This document shows, one piece after another, positions 47,334 to 59,700 of a stretch of DNA of 64,000 bases. This DNA comes from Raillietiella orientalis (Eukaryota). Each line of letters begins with the position of its first letter. The stretch's first letter is position 1. The stretch is taken from NCBI GenBank assembly GCA_036172245.1, contig JAYWIR010000020.1, forward strand, positions 1,612,001 to 1,676,000, written 5' to 3'. Made by a program: the position numbers and the translations under genes. A model generated the notes under the pieces. It saw only the letters and a list, made by a program, of their open reading frames with translations, had not been told where the DNA came from and searched no databases.

Positions 47334-50300
47334 TGGAATTTACAGGAAGCGGATGCTGGAATCCCTTGAGGAATTTCTGTTGAGGTTGTGAAACCAAACG
47401 TGCATTCGTACTACTACTGAACATGACTGACTGAGAAGCATTTCACTGCGACTTGTATTCTACGCGACTCCAAGCAAAATCATTCCAGTTGCCCGTTTAA
47501 TGCGGACCTTAATGTGCTTTAATGCTTGCGAAATGCCTGGATGCTATGATGAATGCCAAGTGGACCAAAAAAAACTGCATGCACGCGGTTGTTTCGCGTG
47601 CATGCAGGCATCGTATCAATGCAGGGTTTTCGAAATTTGCATGGGCACTGGTCGACGAAATGCAACGCATGCATAAAAAGAAAGGAGCGAGCCGGGTGAG
47701 CTGGTCCGGAGTTTTCAAATCTCGCTAAACTCCTTGGCGGCTCCGCATCCTCTCGCTTGTGGCTTTCTCGTTCGCTTCTATTGGAAGAGGATGTTCCCAC
47801 ATCCGTTTGTTTTGGATTCACTGGATCTTCCAAAACCTCGTATCGGCACCGTTTCGCTTGGCTGCAGGCTGTTTGGCGATTCACAGTATTCCGGAGAATA
47901 CTCACTACCTTCGAATAGGTTGGCAATGAGCGTCAGGTGACCCATTCTTTGCTTCCCATTTAATCACACTATGGAAGAGCATTCATTTTCATGGCGCGGT
48001 GTTTTCAGAACGAGGAGAAGAGAAAATGAAGGAACGAATTCCTTCAGCGAGCGTGGAGTCAGGAATCTGAAGATCGTACTCCCAGATTTTTTCGATTCTT
48101 CTTTTTTTTTTTTGGCTTGCAATATGGCCGCAGGTAGGAAAGGAAGCAGCTCTTTACAAGCAGCAGCAGAACATCCAGCAGCTCGGAAGAGCCGTACAAA
48201 ACCTGGAATCAAGGAGCAGCCAACGAATGTTTTCACAAGATGCAGGTTCCCTGGTCCTCGTAATGCTCGAGAGGCAGCTCTGCGATAAAATCGGAGACAG
48301 TCCAGACCATAAAACGTACAATCTCAAGAAGAGAATCTGCTTATCGACGACTGAGTGGCTGTTTAAGGGATGCTTTCAAAGCAGCAGTCGCGGAGGTCAA
48401 TGAGTTGAAAGAGAAAAACAGAAACGAAACAAAAAAAAAAAAAAAAATGCAGTGCGTTACGAATATGCTTCGTAGGGACACGTACCACTGAAGGACAAAG
48501 AAAAAAGGGAGAGAGGGAGTTGAGAGAATGCCTCTGAAATGAGAAGGCATGGATTTAGGGTTAGCAGTTTGCATTCGCAGTCGCAAAACTTTCGAACAAA
48601 CGTTCTCTTTTTTCCATTAGGAACGCACATCCAGAATATTATCTTTGGGATGTGTGAGCGTACAAAAACACTGAGTGCACTTAGGCACAGAAAACCGAAA
48701 GTTATTCAAAGCTCTGAGGAGATTTTTCGGGTAGGATCTCTCCGTCTTTTCCAATGATGCGATTTTCAAAATACTAAAAGGCAGATATCCATAAAACATG
48801 CCATTAGCACAGCCGGAACGGTGTTTCCCTGTGTACAGCAAATACCGAGTATCCAAAATAGCCCCGCTGCTCTCTCTGCACACGAGCGCGTTTTTACTTT
48901 TTTCGGTTTATCTTTAAACCGTATTGCAGCAATGACAAGTTGGTTTCGGTACAAATCTGTGTTCAGCAGCACGAGCACCGGATGCGGACAGCGCCAGAAA
49001 CACGGATCACGGTGGTGAAGAAGCCCACGAGAGACCAAACCCATGTGGCACCAGCAGCAGCTTGGGCAAGCGAGGGAACGTCAGTGTACAGACGAAAACA
49101 AGCGTGCCATCCTGGACGGGATTGGATCAGGAGAGGGCGAAGCGAAAAAACCGGAATGCGATTCATACAGCACACTGGGAAGAGTCCCGTAATTAGTAAG
49201 GCCGAACGGTTTCGCGGACCCTGTGATTCTGGAGCGAATCTTAAAAGAACCGAAGCGAAGCTCCACGGCACAGATCATTTTTGATTTTCAATTACGTAGT
49301 TGTTTGCAGTGAGGTCCCTGTTTATTAACGCGGATGGGATGCAGAAAACAAATGAACTGCACTTTAAGGGGGGGGGGAATAAGAACCAATGAAGAAAATA
49401 ATAAACCTCTGCGAAGACGAGTAAAGAGGATAGGAGAGCGATGAATACTTTGAATTACAATGTTGACGAGGACTCGCATCTCTCCAGGACTGATGTGGGA
49501 ACGAAGCTTTATTATAATGACGGCGTTATATAAGGCCCTGTATTACTGTAATCCTTGCTGCTTATCATTTATAAAAACTGGAGAGAAAAAAGACCAATAA
49601 AACCGGATCGCAAAAGCAAAATATCAGCCGCAGCCTGCGAGACGATCGCATCTCTTGTAGGAATCGTGGAATCACAGATACGAAGCCGGAAGAACAGCAC
49701 TTCAGATGCAGAAAGCAATCTGAAGAAAGCCGCTTACTTTTCTGCTTCATTTTCCTGGCATGGGAAGCCGTTCAAAGCTTCGAAAGCAGAATATCCAGAA
49801 TCATCTTCAAATTTAAATGGGCTCTACAAGTTTTAATAAAGAAACGTTACAGCATGCGGCAGTCAAGAAATTTTTGCTCGGTGATTTCGCTTGCCAAATG
49901 CAAACTACTAATACAGTGGCAGCGGACTGTACAAACGCAGCCGCATACACTGCGCTAATTAAGGGAAATCATTCAAGGCTTCGCTTGTTTATTATTAATG
50001 AACGCAAAAGCCCGACCGCAGTCCGGTTAGCACCGTCAACTCAACACTTTGCCCGGATCCCCCTCGATCTGCTCATATGGTCAGTGTCTGCATTTAAGGC
50101 TTTGCTTTGCTTTGCATCGCTTTCGAAGTTGTGGTTGAATTTGAGCGCTGAAAACGATCACGACAGTGAACGATCGACAGATCCCTGTATTCATAGCGAC
50201 CGCATCTTCCAGAACCTGGAAGTCCAATATTTCCTTAGGAACACGAACTCGCGGAAGACGAGACCCTGAATGCTGCGTTTGGGCCTAAAAATACAATTTG

Positions 50301-53300
50301 AAAAGATGATGTCACGATTTTTTTCATCCTCGGTTGGCATCGATGATTGTTTTGCCACCAGCTACTTCGTGCCCTCCCTCCCTCCCCTTCCTCTTAGCGT
50401 ATTCGACATCTGTCTGGTGCATACCGAAAGTTTGTAATTAGCTGCGCACTACATCCGTTTTTGATACAGAACCCTTGGACCATCCTTGCAATTTCGGCTT
50501 GGCTGTACCGAAAAAGATGAAGGAGTCGAATTACTGAACGCAAACACCTATCCTTCTTAACGGCGCGAACGTTGAGAGAACTGAAAGGCCTTGAAGCACT
50601 GAAAGCAGTTGGTTCTCCGGTTGACTGGAATCATCTTTCTTTCAGACAATCTCTTTTTCTGGTGGGAGAAACCCTGCCTCCGCAGAACGCTGCTCAGGAT
50701 ACGCGTTTAGAGGCCATCCATTGAGGAAAATTCTAACACGGATTCCCCGTTCTTTTTGAGGATGCTTCCAACTCTATCGGGACAGTTTGTGGGTGGAAAC
50801 GACTCCAACACTTCTCCAGTAGAAGGCGTCGGTTGCGGAGCGACTGTTCCCTCCAAGTTCGAATTACCCGAAATTTCTGATCGCGGATCGCGTGATGGTG
50901 CACCATGGATTTCTCGGTCTCTGCGCCGAGCCTCGGTCCACGGAGCTGTGGCAGCAACGTCTCCCGCAAGCGAGATGCCACTACAGAATCTCGGCGATAA
51001 TCCCCTGAAGGGAAGCAGAAGAAACGGCGTGGCCGCCTTTGAAGAGAAGAGGGAAGCTCGGGATGAAGCGCAGAGGCGCGCATTCGATTCCACACTGAAA
51101 ATATTCGCATTCCCGTCTGCGTTTCTTAAAAAGGCACGCTTTGGAGGGCGTGGGAGGAGGTGGGTACCTAGGAGACTGGGTGACTCCTCTCTAGAGATTA
51201 CTCACTGATTCACGAAAGGATTATGAGGGTCCCACGTTAATCACATCGAACGACTTGAGCTGAACGAGGAATGACTAAGTCTTCTACCATGCATTCAGTT
51301 CCTCTTAGGTCCAAAGCGAACTGTTGTCCAGCTTCTTAGCGGTCTTTCTTTTCGTTTTTTTCAGCTCTTGATTGGGACTCCTACTTTACTTACAATTTGA
51401 AATACTTCGGCCACGTTTCCCTAATTTGCATTCATAATTACAGTATACAGGATTACAGTATACAGTATATGATTTTCCTAACAGATGAGGTCATGTGTCC
51501 TTATTGAAAAAAAAAAAAAAAAAACTGCTTTGTAAGATACACTAAGTCGACCGGGTAAGTTTCAGACAACCCAACAAGTGAGCATTCGGGATCCCACCCC
51601 CTTCGTCTCTTGTTTTCCCCTTTGTCCAGGAACTCTGTTCCCGGATAGTTTTTAATAAACGCCCCGGCGCACCCGGGTGATAACCAACAAGTGAGCACGT
51701 CTGGGTGAAAAGCAAAAGCTGCAAAGATGGAAAAAAAAAAAAAGAGATTATTTAAACCATCACGCATGTGCATCAATTTTTCGTTGACCCTGGGACAAGT
51801 GATCGGAATGCACGTGGAGGAGGACCCAGCCTCAGCAAGTGCTTCTCGTTCGGCAAGAGGAGTGAATACGTACGCTGCAAATAGAGTTGGACTCATTACT
51901 GTTGCACTTTCACAGTGTAGAAGGAAATCAGCGATCCAATCCGAATGCTTCTGCTTCACACACTTAATTGGGATCACTTATCTGTAATGAATGAAATTCA
52001 TCAGTCTATCCCATATTCGATTCCGCGTCATTTCCGCCTTTATTCACTTCCTTTCGAGCTTGAGCGTTTCCTCTCAAGCACAGCAATCTCTCAGAGTATC
52101 AAAAGTGTCACTAATTTCAGGAACTGCATCGCGTCAGAAAAGATGTGCATCGTGAATGCATTTACTTCCTTCCGTGTTCTTCTTCCTTTTTTCGTTCCTC
52201 ACTTCATCTCGTTGGGATGCTTCTTGAAGCCTGCCCTACCCAGGTCGACTGACTGACTACGGCAGGAGCTCGGCTTTGCAACATTCCTGTCGACGAAACT
52301 TCATCTGACTCGAGGCATCCTTCTAGGTCTTTCCTCGCCGCCCCAAAGACGGAGAGACACATTGCACTTGGAAGGAACCACTTCATCCCATGTTTTAGCG
52401 GGCAGGTGAAGGGGTGAATCCTGGCTGCTCGTGGACGCGCGAATGGGCATGGAAGCAGGTAAATAATTCCAAGGAGGTGGAGTTGATAAGCAGAGCGTGC
52501 ATCCGAACCCGCAACCTATTGGCACAGTTTTCAAGGTCTCTCCCCCCCTCCCCCCTTCCCCCAATTCGGAAATTACAGTGAAGAAGAAAAACTTTAAGAT
52601 TGTAGGAATTGCAGCTTCGGAACCACGGTCATCCCGACCTACTCCACCTTGCTGATGCACTTCCCGACTGAATCGTGAGTTTCCCGTGCCCAGCCATTCA
52701 TTTTAGGAGTACCAAAAGAGGAATTCTCGACGATTCGAAGCGCTCGAAATCATAGAATTCCCGAAACAGTTCATGGGCAATTGAAGGATGCTGGGAAATC
52801 CTTGCATAGGAAGAACCGTACGTTTGATTAGGAGAAAAAGAAAAAAAAAAGATTGCCCTGGTCGCCTTGGGTGCCAGGACTTCATACAGATAATTTCCCT
52901 TGATCCAAAGTTTATTAGCTGCATGCGACAAACATTTGGGAGATTTTCGCGAACGACTGGTCCAGAGATGCGCCAGAGACTTGGCGAAGCCTCCTGGATT
53001 TCGAAATCCCGAGTTCGGCAAAAACTTCGAGCCAGTTTTCAGTTTCGACGGCGGAGGGCCCGAATCGGAGGAAGGAACGGCGCGTGTCGGCAGATCGAGG
53101 ACAGGGAAGTTGGGAAGAGGAAACACTTTTTTTCCTTTTTTGCATTTTTGCTTTGGTAATTATGAACCTGGACACGTAGTGGTCGCACACAGAGTGTCCA
53201 CGCCTTTTGCGCCTGGCAGCTCGAGTGCACTTCGTTCGCGATGGCGTTGCCAAGAAGGGAACGTCGTCATGCCATCATCACAAAAGTGGGGTATCCTTCC

Positions 53301-53620
53301 ACTTCGTGAAGTGGCTTCAGGATGGAGTAGTAGACACGTAGTGATATTCTTCGTCGTGTTTTCACGGTGGAAAATCTATAGTGAAATTTCCCACGAGAAT
53401 TTCGAAAACGAGCACCAATCAATGCGGCAGAAATCAAGTGCAGATTAGCAGTAACGGAAGCAAGCATCCCGCCTAGAGACTGCTGTATCCATAGATCTGG
53501 GGAGAAGCTAGGATGCTGCTTCATACTGTTTAATACTGATTTAAGCATTTCTTCTTTTTTTTTTTTTTTTGCGCGCGCGCGCGTGTGTGGAGGGGGGGAG
53601 CTAACGATTTCAGTAATTAC

Positions 53621-53680
53621 TTTCAACACATTTTCGACAATATTTAAACAAAAGCACTGATCATTGAACAATGCAAACAT
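53621..53680 (-). CDS. Candidate second alternative first coding exon (MFALFNDQCFCLNIVENVLK)
   Basis: Acceptor tttgtatttgcatctccag| at 53689, ATG at 53680, 20 codons, then AAA|gtaatt in phase 0. Confidence 0.3.
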
Positions 53681-53723
53681 CAGTCATTCTGGAGATGCAA
53701 ATACAAAAGTACAAAAAGCTTAC

Positions 53724-53756
53724 CAATGATTTATATGCTGTCATTAAATTAGAAAT
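53724..53756 (-). CDS. Candidate alternative N-terminal microexon of Cav-beta (ISNL-MTAYKSL)
   Basis: Acceptor ctctctagtgttgcag|, 33 nt open in phase 0-0 with an ATG at 53744, and donor TTG|gtaagc. A TGCATG (Rbfox-type) element lies at 53784-53779. The phase is compatible with the GSADS exon. Confidence 0.45.
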
Positions 53757-56700
53757 CTGCAACACTAGAGAGCAGCAGCATGCAAAAGATAAAAATCAAA
53801 GTGAAACGTTCTGAAAAACTTGAAGAACTTAGTCAATTGCATCCAAATTGAGGTTATTCAGACAGGAAAGCTACTTTCTGTTCTTTTCTGTTCTTTCTTT
53901 CTCCAATTTGCCATTACTGAACTTTGGTATCTTTCTCGCAGACAGTTAGTACAGCGGAAGGAGATTGGTACGGTCAAATTATACATATTCTGCTCGACGA
54001 GAGCGTAAAGTGTGGGTCCAAGTCCGAGGGAAGAACACCGTGAAAAATTATTCAAAAAAGGAAGAAAAAAAAAAGGAAAAACGTGGCGATCGTTAGCAAA
54101 TTTTCGAAACTTTCAGTGCGCAAGTACCTGTACTGATCAATGAGTTAGGATGAATGAAACCCGTTGCCAGCGCGACGTGCAAGGCAAAAAAAGGTTCGTT
54201 CAGAGCTCGTTTAGAATCTATTATCACTTTCTTAGGGAACATGTACTCTCTAAAGGATCCTTGGAAATTAGCTTGCCTTGTCACCGTCATGCAAATGTGT
54301 GTGTGTCTGTGGGGGGGGGGGGGGGATCACGATTAGAACGCCCCTTCCGAGATGCACGCAGAGAGAGTCGTTGGAACACCCCGAACGTGCTGTCATTACA
54401 GCGGATAAATTCTCTACATTTGTTACCACCCTTGGAATTTTCTGTTTTTTTCTTTTTTTTTTAAAAAAAAAAAAAAATTATCATTACTTTAATGTACATT
54501 GCAAGCATTTCTTTTTTTCCCTCTTGGGATTCGCTGGGGCCCCACTTTTATGAACCTGCACGTCACGAAATCTGAGCAAATTCAAAAATTCATACAGAAA
54601 ATAGGGTGCTTTGAAGTAGGTGAGGAGCTTTTCACTCCCCAACCTCCTCCATTTGCAAATCTGAAGCATCCGATCAGCAATTGAATGCAAGGCTTTTGCT
54701 TCAACAGATGCAAAAGTCGAGCTAGCGTTAGCGATTTGTGTTCTTAGACGGTTTGCTCCAGTCCTGCTAAACAGTACATTTCGGAACGGAAATGAATCTA
54801 ATTAATAAGAATCATTTACCTGCCAAGTGAGCGAGTTCTGACCTTGGCTAAATCCCATCATGATGGTATTCTAAATTTGAATTGCACATGTAAAATATCC
54901 CCACTCAATAAAAGTAACATCACTTGGGGTGGAACTTGCAAATGAGAAATTCAGCCTACATGTTACACTTTTATCAAAACGATACGCTTAAACTAGAACA
55001 ATTCAAGACTCGTTTATAGGTTGAGAAGAGAGTATTCCTGAATTCTCGAACTCCGTTTTCTTCTAACTGTGAAAGCCATCCGATGAACAGAACCAATACG
55101 TTGCAGAGAGACATAATTACGATGGAATGAGTTTCATGCTGAAGAACTAAACGGACAACGGAATCATGTTCTTTTCTGAGACTCCAGAGATCTTGGAGTG
55201 AATACTGAAATTGCGTAGTGGATCTCAGTGGATGAACAGCTATTAACACATCACCAACACAGATACAATTCTGCACAGAAATGCGTCAGTTCTTACATCC
55301 ACCCAACTGCTAGCATGTTTCGATACTACAAGTACAGGAGTACTGTTATCGATCCCCTGGTTTCGTGCTAGACTTAAGGATATGAGTCGGCATGTGTTTT
55401 TTGGTATTTATAAACTGGGATCCATCAACAGGAATGTTCCACCGAACAGCCCGACGATTTCACTCTCGAGAAGTTCCTTAATTATTTAGTTAATTGCGAA
55501 ATCCTTTCAGCATCCGTCCTCAGCTGGAGCACGTTCCCCCGAACGTGGATGCCCAAGACGCTGGCAGTGCTGGCGCCACCGAACACTGCAGTGGTGGATA
55601 CCGGGAGAGATCGACTCACAAGGAACCGTTAATAAGTGGGGACACGATGATCCTCGTTCGTTTAGAGCGGGCAGGCAGATTCCTCCACCCATCCGCCTTC
55701 CCCTGTGAGATTCTTGAACTTTTGCACGCCCTTCCTAACGACACGGGGACAGTATGAATTTACGTCCTCTCGTTGCAGGCTCACAGGTCCAGAAAGTGTG
55801 TCCGTCTTACGGGCAAATGTATTTTGAGACTTTTCCCCATATTGTGCAGCACTTGCAGTCTTATTGCTTATCAGACGGAGCCATGCTTTCATCTGGGAGC
55901 TCCTCTTACTCTTTCTGCACAATCATCAATTATCACGTATAAGTTTATATGCACAGTTTTTTTCTTTTAGATCTCAGAATATCGAACGCCGCTGTTTCCT
56001 TAAGAGTACCAAATATCTACTCCCATAATGACATTTTGGACCTGGAGTCAAGTGACTGATGACGGAAAACTTTCCATTGGCATGTTTTTTTTTTTTTTTC
56101 TTTTTTGTCCGCTTCCATAAATGAGAAAAATCGAAAAATACGAATTTAAGAGAGAATCATCATCGTTTCTGGGACACAGGAGATATGATATTCGTACTTT
56201 CATGCCGAGACCATTGGGAACACATTTGTTTCACGTGTTTGTATCAAACGAACATCCTTAACGTCAGTTACCTCTCTGATCCGCTGAGAAAAATGCGTTC
56301 GTCGACGTTTTTCAGAAAACAAACCCAGTGATCGAATGGATCAGAGAATTTCTACGGATTTGGAACAAAATGTGCCCGTGCCACCTAGTCGACTCTTCTT
56401 CCCCTTTTTACTTTGAGGTTTCTGAGGGACTTTGGCCGTGAAAGCGGATCGCAAACTTCACAACTGTGAAAAAACTGAACCGTGCGAAAGAAACTGTCCA
56501 CCAGAAAACGGACGCAAGCTGCAAACTGCGTGGGCATCGGGGATGATTAAAAACATCCTCATCAACGGACGGAACCCGGAAATGGTCTGAAGCCTCTATC
56601 CGCACAGTAAAAACGGAGATTTATCGCTTGCGGATTGAAACTGATCCTCCGATGATTTTCTCCCGATCGGAGAACGGGAAAATTTTCAAATTAATCGGGG

Positions 56701-59700
56701 GAAACCGATTTGACTAAAAGGGAAAATAAATTCGCAGAGAGACAAAAAATCTGTTCTAAAATTAGTGCTGTTCTTTCGAAAAGCAGTTGCCTTGGAAGCA
56801 GAAAACATCCTTCCAATCTGAAGCACACGATGAGGCGATTTTAGAACAATGCAATTAAAGGGAGGAAAGGAGAAGGAAAAAGAAACGAATGTGTTCCCCA
56901 TGTGAGAGAGTGGGTCCAAGAGAAGATCCAGATTCGAGTGGAAATTCTCGAATCGACCCATCTCGTAATTTCATTTGGGAAAATATGACTTAATTACCAA
57001 ACGAACAAGCTCTTGGCTCACTGGACCGCACTTACGGCAAGCACGAACATGGCCGTTCTCTCGATGCAAGAAGCCTGCTTTTAGAACCAGAGTGCTGGTC
57101 CAGTTCTCTACCAGGAAGACGTTTCTTTATCATCAGATAATGCGTTCGCATGAAAGGCCTGTGGATGTCTCTAAGTGATCTGCTCCGAGAGCTCCGTGTT
57201 CACAATAGGGACAACGACATGGCACTTTCAATCATGATTTTGTGGGGCCAGCGCGCGTATATTATTAGATCTTTTTTGTGCTTTTCTTTTTTTGTTCTTT
57301 TTTTTTTTTCCCTCGCATTTTTTGGTACGTCCTTTTGTTTTTGTAAGAAGACGTGCCTGGTTCGTGCCTTACGGAGATGCTCACGCACATCACATTCATA
57401 TTGCTTGTTATTGCAACTTCTGCCAAACACGGTGCAAATTACACACGACGTTCCGAAAACTTAAGCTGATAAAAATACACCGGCAGCACACACTCGGAAA
57501 AAGGGCGCTCGTGGTCCTTCCGAAGACCGGGGGGTCCACCTAGCGGTGAAGCGCCCGAGAGTTCGCGATGACCGTGTTTTCCGGAAGAAGAGTGTCCCCA
57601 CAGTTTCGTTTCAATCCCAACGTGTCAGGGATCAATCTCGCATCCGCACCTTGTGCAGCACTTCACAGGAGCTCCGCAAAAGGTAGAGAGAGGGCATCCA
57701 GCTGAAAAAGAAAGGGGGAGCCTTCCTAGAAAAGCTTGCCGAAACAACACGTGGAGCGGGCAGTTCCCCCGTGACTTTTGTCTACTTTGAGAGATCTTTC
57801 GAATGGTGCTTAATTGGGGAGCATCGTTCCGTAGGACCTTTTCGTCTGGATTGGAGAGGAGCAAAAAAAAAAAAAAAAGGGAAGCTACAAGGAGCGGCAC
57901 ACTGCCTAAGATTGATTCTTTAACAAACTGGTTGCAGGGATTCGGACTTGCATTCCAACCGTTGTTATCTTTTATTGTCAGAAAAATTCATTAGCTCGGA
58001 ACTTTGAAGCTGGAAAGAAGGAAGCTGGCGATTGATCAATGGCGCTCTCATAGCTCTCCTGCTTTGAAACGAGCCGAACTCTACCAGCTACACCAGCGCA
58101 TTCCGTCTTCAAAAGTTTGCATCCGTCTGAATTTTCTAGAAAGTCACCTATCCAGAAAATCAAACTGAGCCCCTATTCTGAAGGATGAAAAGGCAGGAGG
58201 GCGCACATTCTGCACGTAGAAACTCCTCCTCGACTGCTTTCCAGTTATTGGAATACTCGCTGTGATCCATAGCAACGAAAACGATGGGCATTCCATCCGG
58301 AACGGGCCGGGATTATCTTCCATGTTACAAGGCTTTGGAGGAGGGTTCCACAGGACGGACCGCCTTGGATGAAGGGATGGCAATGATCTTAAAAACAAAG
58401 CTAAAGGGTCAGGAAATCGAGGGCGGAAGCTTGCACGGATAGTAAATTTTGGCCCATTTTAGGTAGGAGTCGAAACTGATTTTGGAGCTGGGAAAGCTGA
58501 GTGGCCACCTAATCGTGGAGTCATAGTGAACCCATGAGAAAGGGCCACCACTCTATCAGTGAGATACCTTGGAAAACTCAAACGTTCACTGACAATGCTC
58601 AGTAGCTGAAGACTAGCCCAAAATCTCTTCACCCCAACTCGAAATAGGGATGCTCACTCGATGGGAAAATCCGAGAAGAGCAAGCCAATGAAGACAGTTC
58701 GTTTGTTTTTGTTGACTACCTTTGAGGTCAGTAACGCAAGAAAAAATGATGAGAGCAGAATGTGCGAACCAGAAGAATACCCGCATCGGCTGCTCACAGC
58801 AAATTAAGATCAAGAGAACCCGTTAAAAGCAAACTGAGTTAGAGCAGAGAAAAATGAAAGGATAGGATAAATTCTCTAGAGCTGCCTGAGATGACCTACT
58901 TTCCGGCCTGCTGAGCATCTGATTCGACTGGGAGGAACGACAACGCTGCATTTTGGCGTCAGGATGTTTTAAAAAGACACCGTTTCTCAGCACACCGTTC
59001 AAAAACTGAATGGCGAATCCACTTTTGATACTTCAAGATCACAAGGAACGAAACAAGGACGCCAAGACGCCGTTTTTGACCTCCACCAGTAGCTCAGCCT
59101 GGAAAGCAGGCTTCGCTCGGAACTTCCAAAAGAAACTTTGCTTGACTTCCGTCCGAGCTGTCAGGAAGAACTTTCCGAGAGACTCGAAAACCGCCAATTA
59201 GAACTGAAATTGGTGTTTGCTTATTATTGATAGGTATTTGAGTTTGGGGCTGGTGTCGCTCCCCTCCTGAAGACCGTCAGGACGAGAAGTTTTCGAATGC
59301 AGAGGTCAACATCGAACCCAAACGGGTCATCACCGAAATGGTTCTGTCGAACACCCACCCGATGCTGCTTTACGACGCAACTTCGCACAAACTTATCTCA
59401 CACAGAGATAAAGATGGCTGCAAGCATTCCAGGATTACTGTATTGGCAACCCTAAAGACAGAACAAGAAATGATACCCGCCTCGTCTCGGCGAACACGGA
59501 GATAAAGGAAACGAACGAATCTACTTGTTGAGCGATCTCGGCTTGGTCGACAATTCGCCCGGCATAAAACCCAGGATGTGCGCTGTTCTGAAAGAGCTCC
59601 TCTCCCTGCTCTCGACGTGTTCCACTGGCTATACAAAATCCGATGAAGTGGGCGTAACGGCACTGATCCTAAAGAAACTGCGTCTCAGAACGATCGGCAT

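Noticed and set aside
51437..51710. Short direct repeats (attacagtatacag x2; ccaacaagtgagca x2 about 113 bp apart)
   Set aside because: Only two copies each, not a CRISPR-like array; consistent with local slippage or duplication.
57036..57050. gccATG-MFVLA followed by |gtaagt in phase 0 on the minus strand
   Set aside because: Too short to distinguish from chance, and no supporting acceptor or regulatory context.
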